DNA from: Octopus vulgaris
Taxonomy: Eukaryota
NCBI GenBank assembly: GCA_951406725.2
Contig: OX597833.1
Location: 38,874,001 to 38,938,000, forward strand
Reading direction: 5' to 3'
Length of the DNA stretch: 64,000 nt
This document shows, piece after piece, positions 1 to 11,790 of the stretch. Position 1 is the first letter of the stretch. The number at the start of each line of letters is the position of its first letter. The translations under genes were made by a program, and so were the position numbers. The notes beneath the pieces are model-generated. The model did no database searches and was not told the DNA's origin. It was given only the letters and a program-made list of their open reading frames with translations.

Positions 1-154
1 AAGTAAGCTTCTTACCACACAACCATGTCTGCACCTATGTTGTGAAGCATTTTTTTCCTTTTGTTCATTTCTATTTCATACCAGAATGTAATTAAATATA
101 AAGCAGATGTCAAACTGCCTTTCCCACTGAGCAACAACATACAATTTGATTTTT

Positions 155-363
155 GTTATTGATTAACCTCAGGTCAACCCTGATTGAACAGATATGTGTT
201 GAAAGGTTCCAGCTGTGACCATCCCATCTTTTTGTATATTATGGATTACATTACCTAAAATAACCTTTTTTTTCTTTTACAACACAGTAGGATGTAATTT
301 AAGGGAGATTTGGTTGCTATTTCTAGCAAGTTGAGTGATCACATGGAGAACACCTCATTGGTT
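155..363 (-). mobile_element. Unclassified dispersed repeat, probably a SINE 3' portion (family D)
   Basis: The motif gggagatttggYtgctatttctagc and the flanking ggtcaaccctgat...gaccatcc recur at ~26775-27030, 29640-29950, 33520-33570 and on the opposite strand at 36385-36570. Confidence 0.55.
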
Positions 364-1494
364 CCCATACAATATGGTTAATAACTAAGACAATTAACTC
401 TACACACCCACCCTCACAGCACTGTTATTCCAACAGCTAACTTCACTCCCACATCGGCTGCATACACAGATGATGAAAGAGTAAGAAATCCCCACCAAAT
501 ATTACTACCAAGCACAATAGAAGAGCAAGATTAGTTTAATAATTAACTAAGGCAGTTTGTAATCATGGCAAACATCAAAACTATCGATCAAAGAATATTA
601 TGTGCGCACACGCATGCATACGCCTCCCTTCTATGCATATACACAAGCATATTGTGTTATGTTGCATTGTGAGTGCTTATTTATGCATATGTGCATCCAT
701 GTGTATGCAGCAATGATTTTATGAGAACATTCCGATACACAGTATTTTTTTTCTCTATATGTACAATTGTTCACATGTTTTTGCATATATGCATCCATCT
801 ATGCCAGTATGTATGTACACATTCTGTTATATATGAACTTAGCATAAGCACGTTTCTTTTTTCTGTATGAAGTTATCACATATTTACACACTTATATTCA
901 GACACACAAATACTCACAGTAGTTGAAAAGAGCACAGCCCTGCACTTACATAAGAACAGTGTATACAGGCACAAATATTACACGTTCAAACGTACACACA
1001 CAATGCACAGATATAAAGCACACACAGACACAGTAAGTTATAATATATTTATATACACAAGCATGCAACACACAGACAAACACACAGCATGGATGCTACA
1101 TCCACAGACACACAAACCATGCATACATGCTAGCATGGATGGCTGGCTGCATATATAAACTACAGATAAGCACTCATCAGGCACAGACACACATGAAACA
1201 ACCTATAATGGCAGAATATTACAGCCACGAGCTTAGCTTTAGTAAACTATCACAGTTGTATATAAGTAGTTGAGCTTCAAGATAAATTTAATCAGTCACT
1301 ACAGTTTGAGGCAAAATTTTTCAAAAGATGTCCGATAAGTTGGCTTCCCAAAGACATCTGTTTCGCTAAACGACAAGCAGGAAACAATATGACTTACAGT
1401 TGACAATAAGACCACTCTAATCTATTTACTGGCCAATCTAATCTCAGACTTTGATATCTGCTACATACACATTATACACATACATTCACACATG

Positions 1495-1520
1495 TACGTA
1501 TGTATATATAAATGTATGTA

Positions 1521-1573
<53 letters not shown>

Positions 1574-1600
1574 GTATATATATGTATGTATGTATGTATA
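1495..1600. repeat. (TA)n/(TATG)n compound microsatellite
   Basis: Directly visible; it generates the YI/MYV-repeat ORFs. Confidence 0.95.
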
Positions 1601-2044
1601 AATATCTGCCAAGGTTCCAAACAGAAAATGGGAGTTTGCATTATTCATTCATGTGTGACTCAAAAGTGGAATCGAAATCCAGCAAATACAATAATATTGA
1701 AACACATCAAAAGGAATGTCTCGAGTGAACACAAGAGATTTAACAGAAAATTGGCCAGTGCTAAGGAGATTAATGGAACTAATGCAATAAATAGCAGCAA
1801 ATGAAAGGGACTAGATTGGCAATTAGATTGGAGAACTTATTCATTTGGAAAGTCAGTATTGTCGCAATTTCGCACACAGTCAAAAGAAATGAGGGTGGGG
1901 TGCATGGGTATTCTTCTTGCTGTCCTTTCAATAAGAAAGAATAATAAGATAGGAAAGAGAGGAAGACTTATTCCTTTGATTGTATATTTTATGAAAATTA
2001 AAAACTTTAATATAACTACCATACACCCACATGTCGTTGTCCTC

Positions 2045-3850
2045 ATCATCAATCATCATCATCATAATAATTTAACGTCCATCTCCCAGGCTGGCATGAA
2101 TTGAATATGATTTGACAGAATCCAGTGGGATGGAGGACTGTATCAAGCTCCAATACCTGTTGCATGGGTTCTGCAGCTGGATGCCCTTCCTAACATCGAC
2201 CACTTTACAGAATGTACTGAGTGTTTCTCTTTCTGGACATAGACACTAGTGAGGTCGCCAAATAACTTGCAAGTCAAAGAAGATTCCTTGACTGAATGAG
2301 ATTGTAGGAGAATGGGAAAGCAAAAGAAATAAGAGTGGCTTGAAGAGACAAGGATAAGTAACATTACAGGAATGGTGGAGAGTAGCAGCATAATAAATCG
2401 GTAGATAGATCAGAAAATAGGAAGATGATATGCAGGGAGGGAGAATGAGGAGGGTAGAGAGAAATGAACAATGCCGGATGTCTGAGGTATGAAGGGGTAG
2501 CTATGGTGAATAGAGGAGGTTGGGACACAAAGGTGGGGGGAAATATTGTCATAGGAAGATATGACAGGGTGATGAGAACGATAAGAAGAGATGTTAAAGA
2601 TAAGGTAAGGCAGTTCTAAGATGTAGTTCAGAGAACAAGGAGAGATAAATGCAAGTACAGAAAGGAGTGGAAGCACAGAAAAGAAATAAAGAATGAAGAG
2701 ACTATATTGAAAATGGGGAATGGATTTTCAAACTGGTTCCTGGGAGTTAGGGAGGTAACAGGTAGCACAGAGGAGGATGAAATGTGTGCATATTCTGCTC
2801 TTTATATGATTATAGCAGTTGAATAGTGCCATAGAAGAGTAGAGGGATGGATGTTAGGAAGACGAGAAGTGGGAAAGGCTTGATGAAGAGACTGGGTGCA
2901 GGAGCAGGACCTATTGAGTATGTAGACATAAACATAATGTTTTTAGGACCTCACTTTTGTTGAAATTAATGGGTCTTCTTGAGCACAGTGAATTGCAAAT
3001 CCTCTTGCTTGTTAACTATCTCTTCCATGAGGCTCAACAACTTGAAATTAGCCCTCACAGTTCATCCATTTTCTACATGCTCCATCCACATTTAGAAATC
3101 AGCATGTCTTTATGCAACTGTCTTCATCCATATGCATCATGTGACCATACCAACACAATCTCTCTTGCACAATATATCTGATGCCTCTTATGCTCAATTT
3201 TTCTTTTAACTCATTTGCACTTTGTGGTATGGGCACACTGATGTTGCACATCCAACAGAGCATGCTAGCTTAATTTCTTTCTAGTTGTCACAAGTCCTCT
3301 GCTTTCAGGGACACTGTCTCACTGCCATATAGCAATACTGTTTGTACACAAGCATTGTACAACCTGCCTTTCACTCTGAGGTCTTATGTTAACAAGAGCA
3401 GTAATGGCTCTCGGAACTTTCTCCTTTCTGTTCTTATTCTAACAATTATACTCCTACACATCTGCCACAAACAAAGTCTACCTTCTCTGATAACCTTTCT
3501 ACCATAAGGTAGATAAGAAACAAGGCCATTTTCCTGAAGGTAGTAAAGTCATGCCACTTTTCTTGCTTCTGGAGGTCTGGTTTTCGTAAATTTAAGTTAA
3601 GGCTGTTTGATTCCAGGTTTTGCTTATTCGACTTTCATTTTTAATTCTATTTCAGCAAGAATGAGATCACCAGCACAAAGGAGTTCCCATGGGCAACTTG
3701 GTCATAAACTCCTCAGGGAGAACTATGGTAAATAGGAGGAAGAATCAGAGCCAAGTCTACACACTAAATTCTTTGCTGTACTTATTATCAACTCTCACTT
3801 TATTAACATCTCTGTACATGGTTTTAACAGCTCTTACCATTTGATTATTT
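2045..3850 (-). mobile_element. Decayed RTE-clade LINE 3' part: RT C-terminus, long pyrimidine-rich 3' UTR and (GAT)n tail
   Basis: Minus-strand 3040-3850 gives CPWELL-x-xD and GRLYNACVQTVLLYGSET-like RT motifs. The RTE tail (gttaggaagggcatccagctg...catg...gttaaa...gatgat) lies on the minus strand at 2045-2260. Confidence 0.75.
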
Positions 3851-4029
3851 ATACTTGATGGTTCCTGACATATAAACGATACAATGAGACATAGAGCAAT
3901 GGTTCATACAAAGGCAACTGTACAGTGATACAAACACAGTAATGATTTCACAGACAACAATATAGTAATACTTACAAAGCTACAGAGAAAATTCTATAGA
4001 TCTGCAGAATAGGGGTAATAAGTAGTATG

Positions 4030-4730
4030 TAGAAAAAAAAACAGATGCAAAAAGTGTAGATGGATCATAGGCAGGCTAACAGAAAAGGAAAATTTCATAT
4101 GTGGCGTTTGCACAGGGATAATAAGCACTAACAGCATAAAAGGAATAGATTTTCTCAAATGCCTGGAAAGCTCCCTAGAAGTAGTTGATAGCTTTGTTAC
4201 CTAAATACAACCGCACTAACAGTGAAAGTATGTTAGCCAAAATGAACAAAAGTGTTGGAAAAGTTTGGGGAGTTTTTTTACTTAACTGGCAACAACAGGC
4301 TTGTCTCTCAGAGTGAAGGACAGACAGTATGATATTAGTGTTGGAAGTGCGATGTGATAGCAAGATGCAGGCTTTGGATGCAGAGGAATTTGTGAAGACA
4401 AGAAAGAAGTATACTTCAGAGAATGTGCAGTGACAGATCCCATGATTGATGGAGTACAAGTGAGTTGAAAAAAAAAATGGGTACAAGAGGAATCAGAGGT
4501 AGGGAGCTAGAAAGAAGATTTTGCAGATACAGCCATGTGATGCATATGTAGGATGACCGCTGTTAAAGAAGCTGTTGAGCACTCAAAGTGAATGGAACCT
4601 CTGAAAGGCATGGGATGAAGTGATGAAGATTACTGAGCTTCACAAAGGAAACGACAAGGAACCATGATGATTGGCAATACATGGTACAGAAGATCTGACC
4701 AATCATGCAAGCACTGCAAAACCTACATTA
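4030..4730 (+). mobile_element. Decayed RTE-clade LINE RT C-terminal fragment
   Basis: ctagaagtagttgatagctttgttaccta (LEVVDSFxYL) and ggcttgtctctcagagtgaagg (GLSLRVK) match the cleaner copy at 57985-58180. Confidence 0.7.
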
Positions 4731-4881
4731 AAATAGGTGTACAGGTGGAAGCTGTGACATATTTTATACACACACATGTATACAGATAGACTTACACACA
4801 CAAACATATATATGTATACACACAGACATTTCTTTTGTCTATTTCATACTTGAAGTTCCATCTGCTTACTCTTCTTGCCTC

Positions 4882-5108
4882 TTAACCCTTTAGTATTTAA
4901 ACCGGCCATATCCGGCCAAAATAGTTCATCTGTTTTATGCTCAAACTGACCAGATCCAGGCTCTCACACCTACCCTACAATGTTATTCTACATTAAGTAA
5001 TTACACCATCAAGATCTTGAAGATATGAGATAATGCATGACTAATTCAAATCAATGGGAATCAATAAGCATTATGTTTGATAGAATAATCTGAACACTAA
5101 AGGGTTAA
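4882..5108 (+). mobile_element. piggyBac-type MITE, 219 bp plus TTAA TSDs
   Basis: TTAA|CCCTTTAGT...ACTAAAGGG|TTAA termini; near-identical copy at 58936-59162. Confidence 0.9.
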
Positions 5109-5185
5109 ACATCATTTTATCTCCCTCTTGACCCTTCTCTTTCACATCAAAATGCCTGCATAAAGACGGATTGCATTAGATTTTT

Positions 5186-5249
5186 TGGTCAAACGCAGAC
5201 TCCTTTTGCATCTGGTCAAACCCTGACTCCTTTTCCGTCTGGTCAAACC
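5186..5249. repeat. 27-bp tandem repeat, ~2.4 copies
   Basis: tggtcaaacNcNgactccttttNcNtc starts at 5186, 5213 and 5240. Confidence 0.8.
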
Positions 5250-5351
5250 TTTATCGATATCAGTCATAGTCTTATCATTGCCATCTCAGGTATTTATTGC
5301 TAACACTCTCTCAACCAGCTAACATTATCTGTTAACAGTACAAACCATTAA

Positions 5352-5757
5352 GGCAGCAAGCTGGCAGAATTGTTAGCATGCCAGGCGAAATGCTTAGCTG
5401 TGTTTCGTCTGCTGTTATGTTCTGAGTTCAAATTCCGCCGAGGTCGACTTTGCCTTTCATCCATTAGGGGTCGATAAATTAAGTACCAATTATGCACTGG
5501 GGTCGATGTAATCAACTTAATCCCTTTATCTATCCTTGTTTGTCCTCTCTATGTTTAGCCTCTTATGGGCAATAAAGAAATAAGAATTGTTAGTACACCA
5601 GGCAAAATACTTAGCAGCATTTCTTGTCTTTACATTCTGAGTTCAAATTCTGCCAAGGTCAACTTTGCCTTTCATCCTTTTGGGATTGATAAAACAAGTA
5701 CCAGCTGAGCACTGGGTCGATATAATCAACTTATCCTCTCTCCTGAAATTGCTGGCT
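5352..5757 (+). mobile_element. tRNA-derived SINE family B: head-to-tail pair (full copy 5352-5585 plus a 5'-truncated variant)
   Basis: A-box-like tggcagaattgtt and B-box gagttcaaattcc. The core gcctttcatcc...ggggtcgataaattaagtacca resembles the Meta/MESC SINE domain (from memory). Other copies at 36570-36978 and 48617-48846. Confidence 0.85.
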
Positions 5758-7154
5758 AATATTATAATTCATTACTCTCTCTCCCTCAATCACTCACTAT
5801 TGACATCCATCACACATTCATACCATTGACTGCTTCTACAACCTATCTATCACTCAATCTCTTACCAGTCAGCATGTAACTGCTATAAATATCCCCCAAT
5901 TACCTTCTATTAACATATCTTTCATGACACTTTCCCCTACTGTCTCTCTTCCAGTAATCCCTCTAGCACTGTCTCTCCAATTTCTCCTTTCTCTTCCATA
6001 TTGTCACCCCAGTCGCTCTACTCCACTTATGCTTGTCTTCTTTTTCCTCTCTCATATTGGTTCATCTTTAGCAATTGCCTTGTCATCTTCCCACACCACT
6101 TGTGACATTGCTCTGAATGAATGGAAACAACAGAAAACAGTGCAAACCTTTTTGTCCAAGAGGATAAGGCAATTTCACTAGTGTTGGTGTCCCAGTAAAA
6201 GACGCTCATTGCATTGGTTGAGAAGATCCATCTTTAGTCCTGTCATTTTAAGGACATGACCTCTTTTGTGCTGGTATCATGATAGAATGCATCCAGTACA
6301 CTCTATAAAGTGATTGTTGTTAGGAAGAGCATCCAGCCATAGAAACCACAAGAATAAAACATATGAGAGCAGTAACTGAGAAACTTGGATTGTGATGACT
6401 CATCCAACCCATACCAACATGGAAAGCAGATGTGAAATGATGACAACTGTACAAATTGATACAAATGTAAAAGAATGACTACACCGACAAAACAAAAAAA
6501 AGCTGTGGGTTTTGTTTTCTTATGTAAAAGAATTGCCAATGTTTGATCGAGGTGACCTGACAATAAACAACAGAAACTAATAAGGGAGTCTCTTGCCATG
6601 CTAGAAGCAATAGCCAAACCACTAAGGGGAAAGACACTTTAGCTAATTTAGTCACAACACACTTTGCCTAGGGGAAATGGAGTAGAAGGGAGCAGGAACA
6701 TTATCATAGATTTATTATTTGCCAAGTTTCTGATGTAAGACTGAAACAATGCATTAAAATGTGATACATTTAAAAAAATTTTTCCATTCTTGTACAAATA
6801 TTTATTCGGTCAAAGAAAGTCAAATCCAAGTTGAGAAAAAATACTGAGTTTTTAGGAGTATAAGCATTTTTTTTTCTCTGCCTTTCTTACTTCTACACAG
6901 ACACGCTGCATTAAACAAAGGTGTGCAGCAAAACATGAAAGGGAAAATCTACAATTGTATGATTGATGAGAGAGAGAAAGAGAGAGAGCAAGAATTCCAA
7001 GGTTACCCCACCTCTCAATATAACACTGTTTGCTTCCTATATTGATGCAAGGTAAAGGAAAATTCAGAAAAGACCTGTTTTTCAAAATTGAAAAGCCCTT
7101 TGTTCCTATTATTGCACCTCTTGTTGCCCATACTTCTTCTCTCCCCACCCTCTT

Positions 7155-7310
7155 ATACATACATACATACATACATATATATATAAATATATATATATAC
7201 ATATATATATATACATACATATATATATATATACATACATAAATATATATACATACATATATATATATATACATACATATATATATACATACATATATAT
7301 ATATATATAC

Positions 7311-7344
<34 letters not shown>

Positions 7345-7433
7345 ATACATTCATATATATATATATACATTCATATATATATATATACATACATATATAT
7401 ATATATACATACATATATATATATATACATACA

Positions 7434-7469
<36 letters not shown>

Positions 7470-7692
7470 CATACATATATATATATATACATACATATAT
7501 ATATATACATACATATATATATATATACATACATATATATATATACATACATATATATATATACATACATATATATATATACATATATATATACATATAT
7601 ATATATACATACATATATATATACATACATATATATATACATACATATATATATACATACATATATATATACATACATATATATATACATAC

Positions 7693-7730
<38 letters not shown>

Positions 7731-7796
7731 ATACATATATATATATACATACATATATATATATACATACATATATACATACATACATATATACAT

Positions 7797-7827
<31 letters not shown>

Positions 7828-7855
7828 CATACATATATACATACACACACATATA
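7155..7855. repeat. ~700-bp compound (TA)n/(TACA) minisatellite-like array
   Basis: Repeating ~18-22 nt units of atacatac followed by (at)n; source of the 160-250 aa pseudo-ORFs. Confidence 0.95.
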
Positions 7856-8987
7856 TCAACTATACTGCTCTCTATTTACTTATTACTAGTTCCTACTGTT
7901 GCTGTTGTTATGTATATATTTGCTCGGTGCCTCAATATATTCACAACACTTTTCTGTTCAATGACATCAACGATAATATAGACAAAAGTGTGTGTGTGTG
8001 TGTTGTGTGTATGCTTGCGCGTGTGTTCGTTACACACTTGCCTGCGTGTGCACATACATGCTTACAGTCGAGTACTAACGTTATGTGTAATATATACACA
8101 TACGAATGCAAATACAAAACTATGTGCAAATACATGTAGTACAAACACACGTGTGCAAGCGTACACGAACGTATACCAACCAATACAACCGCAGAGATAC
8201 GTGTATGGGCATGCACGGGCATATTTCTCTAAATAGTGATGTGGTGTCCACATTCGTGTGTGAGAATACGTTTTTCTAAGAAAGTGCATCAGTCTGCTTA
8301 CAATATGAGTGTGCACGTCTACGTGTATATATGTATGTGTGCACGTGGCTGTGTGAATGACCGTGTACTGATATGCATGTGTGTATGCACGAATGTGCTT
8401 ATGTCGATATGTGTGTGTGTGTGAGTGTATGCGTGTGCACCTATATGTGTGTGAGTGTGTGCGTGTGCACCTATATGTGTGTGTGTGTGAGTGAAAACGC
8501 AGTTTATGCAGGCAAATGTAGAAAATGTTTGTGAAAATAAATAAGTTCAAAGCCCAAAACTTAATATATAATTGAATGAATTATACTATCAAAGAAACTC
8601 GATATCTGCTTGTGTATGGAGCAAATATTATTACGCATTGATTAATGCCTTTGATGTTTTCGTTTCGACAGGCAAACCGGACCGAACAGCTACAGCAGAA
8701 AACACACGTACACACATACATACACACACACACACTTACACGCTGCCATCATCACTTGTCTACATACGCAATCTCTCCCTCCCCCTCTCTCTCTCACACG
8801 CACACACACAGGCTTTGAATCCAGCAGAAGACCACATCTATATGTGTGCGCGCGCGTGTATGTATTTTGCGCGCATGTATGTGTGTGTGCAAGAGAGGGC
8901 TGCCTTGTATAAAAAGTGAATAAGAAATGGCTTTGGGTTAAACAAATTAAATTCCTATGTCAAAACTGTTGCTTTAATTGACTAAAA

Positions 8988-9070
8988 GGAGAGAGAGAGA
9001 GAAAGAAAGAGAAGGATGAGGAGAAAAAGATAAAATGATAGACATGAGTATATGAATCTCATATATTTCT

Positions 9071-9114
<44 letters not shown>

Positions 9115-9690
9115 AGCAGGAGGGAGGTGCAAACATAGACAGGTATCAAAAGTAGAAACACTGAGAGAGTGGAGGGAGAGAGGCAGAGGGGGAGGTTATA
9201 AAATCAGGATGCAAATTAAGAGGGAGGGTGGGAGTAGTGAGAGTAAAAGCAAAGAGACATCACATTTTAATGTGAATAGAGAGGAGGAAGGGTGAAAGTA
9301 ATAAGTAACTAGAGAGAGAGAGAGAGAGTGTGTGTGTGTGTAATAGAATAGTGAGACAAAAGTAGTAGGAATAGGAGAAAGAAGGTAAGAGGAAAAGAAA
9401 GTTTGAATGAGTGAGACAGTAAAGAGAAGAGGGAGAGTAGTGTAGGAGAGAGAGAGAGAGAGAGAGAGAAGGAAGAACTAAGTGAGCTAGAGAGGAGCAC
9501 GTACAATGAGCAGTGAGAGAAAGATAGAAGATAGTGAGATAGAGAGAGTGTAAGGGTAAAGGTTACATACGTAGTAAGAGAATGAAGAGTGAACAAAATG
9601 CATGAAGAGAGAATGCGAAAAGAATAGAAGACAGTAAGAGAGAGGGGGAAAGAAAGAGCGAGAGAGAGAGAGGGGTGAGGGAGGAGAATG
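8988..9690. repeat. (GA)n microsatellites and purine-rich low-complexity tract
   Basis: Pure (GA)n runs at ~9074-9108, 9311-9328 and 9447-9468 within a GA-rich tract. Confidence 0.9.
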
Positions 9691-10139
9691 GAATGTGTAC
9701 AGGACCAAATTCACAAATGCATTTCTATAAGATTAGAAAAGGATAATGTATCAATGTTGCATAAAAATAAGTAAGCAGCTCGGCTGAATTAATAATCTAA
9801 TAGCTGTGACTGGGCTCTTTCAGTCAGTCACACAGACTAAATCTGATACGGAAAAATTAATTTCTTGAAAGACTGTCAAATATTATTGATGGCAGCAGAT
9901 ACAACTAGAACCTGAAGAGAGAGCAGAATGGTATGTGTGTGTGTGTGTTGGGGGAGGTGCTTATACTTGTGCTGGTTACAGTCATTGGATTGCAGCCATT
10001 CTGGTGCCACTGCCTTCAAGGTTTGGTCAATCATATTGACCCAGTACTAATTATGTCAGGTCATTGGAAGTATGTAATCCGGTACTACCTGTTATACTGC
10101 TGGGTCATCAACAGAAGCTAAACAAGCAGAAGCAGGGGC

Positions 10140-10683
10140 AGCAACAGCCTTGCCTAACCTAATGAAAATGGTTGCTATAGAAATACAACAGGTCAAAAAC
10201 ATGACCTGTCAAAGGGATATCTGGCTGAACCAAAATAGAGTTAAAGGCCATCTTTATCTAGCAAATATTACATGGGGGATACAGAGATATTTGAGATGGT
10301 GAATAAGCATGATGTAAGACCAATGTGCATGATGGGTTAACTTGTGCATTTCTGTAGCAGTTGAAGGGGACAACTTCTCAAAGTTACCCGCAGTAAAAAC
10401 ATTGAACCAGCAGCTGTAGCCTTGCCTAACCTAATGAAAATGGTTGCCATAGAAACAGAATAGGATAAAAACATGACCTGTCAAAAGGATAGCTAGCTGG
10501 CTGAACCAGAATAGAGCCAAATGCAATCTCTATCTAGTAAACAGTAAGTACATGGGGAACAGAGAGATATTTGAGATGATGAATAAGCATTCTGTAAGAC
10601 CAAAGTGCATGGTGGGTTAATTTGTGCATTTTAGTTGAAGGAGGCAGCTTGTCAAACAGAAAGTTCTCCTCAGTGAAAACATG
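10140..10683. repeat. Diverged ~270-bp tandem duplication (2 copies)
   Basis: agccttgcctaacctaatgaaaatggttgc occurs at ~10146 and ~10417; colinear similarity continues through cagtRaaaacat. Confidence 0.9.
10443..10456 (+). promoter_or_regulatory. RFX X-box-like motif GTTGCCATAGAAAC
   Basis: Matches the X-box consensus RTHNYYWTRRNRAC. The paralogous copy at ~10172 reads GTTGCTATAGAAAT. Function untested. Confidence 0.3.
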
Positions 10684-10786
10684 TCACATCAAGCCAAAAT
10701 GCTTTTTTATCTGCAACCATTTGTAATACTCAGATCAAGTTGGGCAGTGTGGTGCTGTATAAGCAATGTCTTCCTTTTATTATAGA

Positions 10787-11160
10787 CTAGCAGTATCGCC
10801 CGGCGTTACTCAGGTTTGTAAGGGAAATAACTATAAAGCATTTTTAGAGAGTTATAGCCAAAAAATGGAAAAAAATGATGGTAAATTTTTTTTTGAGATT
10901 TAAAAAAGGTGGAGTTGCGTCCCCTAGACAGTTTGTGGTTCGTGTTTCTGATTCTCGACCCCATGTCGAATTTATCGATTTTTTTCAGAACTGGAGGAAC
11001 TTTTCAAAATTTTCGCTGCGTTAGTTTTGAATTATGACATTGGGCTATGTGTGTGTCAAGTTTCATCAGAATCGGTTGAAAGCCGTGGTCAGGGTGAGGG
11101 TACAAGTAAACAGACACACAGAAACACGCACAGACAAACTGCTGTTTATATATAGAGAGA
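10787..11160 (-). mobile_element. Non-autonomous Helitron
   Basis: Minus strand starts TC(TCTC) and ends with a subterminal hairpin then CTAG; inserted between A and T with no TSD. A 5' fragment of the same family is at 38870-39000. Confidence 0.85.
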
Positions 11161-11161
11161 T

Positions 11162-11552
11162 GATCAAGAAGTTAACTTCTCAACCACATGGTTTTGAGTT
11201 CAGTCCCACTGTGTGACAATCTTGGGGAAGTGTCTTCTACAATACCCTCAGGCTAGTCAAAGTCTTTTGTGTGAATTTGCTAGATGAAAACTGAAAGAAG
11301 CCCATCATGTATGTGTGTATTTGTGTTTCTTTGTCTTCACATCATGTGATAGTTGTAAATGAATGTCACTCCCATGTAAGCAGTGTCATTCATTTCAAAT
11401 ACACAGAAGAAACATATCTGGCCATGGGGGAAATATTGCCTTACTTGGAAACTGATGAGGGTTGGCAACAGGAAGGGCATCCAGCTGTAAGGAACATGTC
11501 TCAATAAAATCTGTCCAACCCATGCAAGCATGGAAAAGTAGATGTTAAAATG
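11162..11552 (+). mobile_element. SINE family A2 (family-A tRNA head plus RTE-type tail)
   Basis: B-box gagttcagtccc and body aagtgtcttctac...gaaactgaaagaagccc, followed by ggaagggcatccagc...gcatggaaaagtagatgttaaaatgat. Confidence 0.8.
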
Positions 11553-11599
11553 ATAATGATCTTAGTTTTACCCATTCATAGATATTGCTTGCTAACATA

Positions 11600-11790
11600 G
11601 GTATTACTGAGTAGCTTGCTTCCCAACCACATGGTCCCATGTTCAGTCCCACTACATAGCACCTTGGGCAAGTGTCTTCTATAGTCTTGAGCTGACCAAA
11701 GCCTTGTCAGTGGATTTAGCAGACAGAAACTGAAAGAAGCAGACAGAAACTGAAAGTGTGTGTGTGTGTGTGTATATATCATTTGCGTGT
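11600..11790 (+). mobile_element. SINE family A, 3'-truncated
   Basis: agcttgcttcccaaccacatgg...gttcagtcccact...accttgggcaagtgtcttcta. Confidence 0.8.

Noticed and set aside
6852-7859. Long ORFs of 160-250 aa rich in Y/I/M/C/V
   Set aside because: Translations of the (TA)n/(TACA) array, which lacks stop codons. The same applies to ORFs at 1451, 43540-44217 and 50041-50435.
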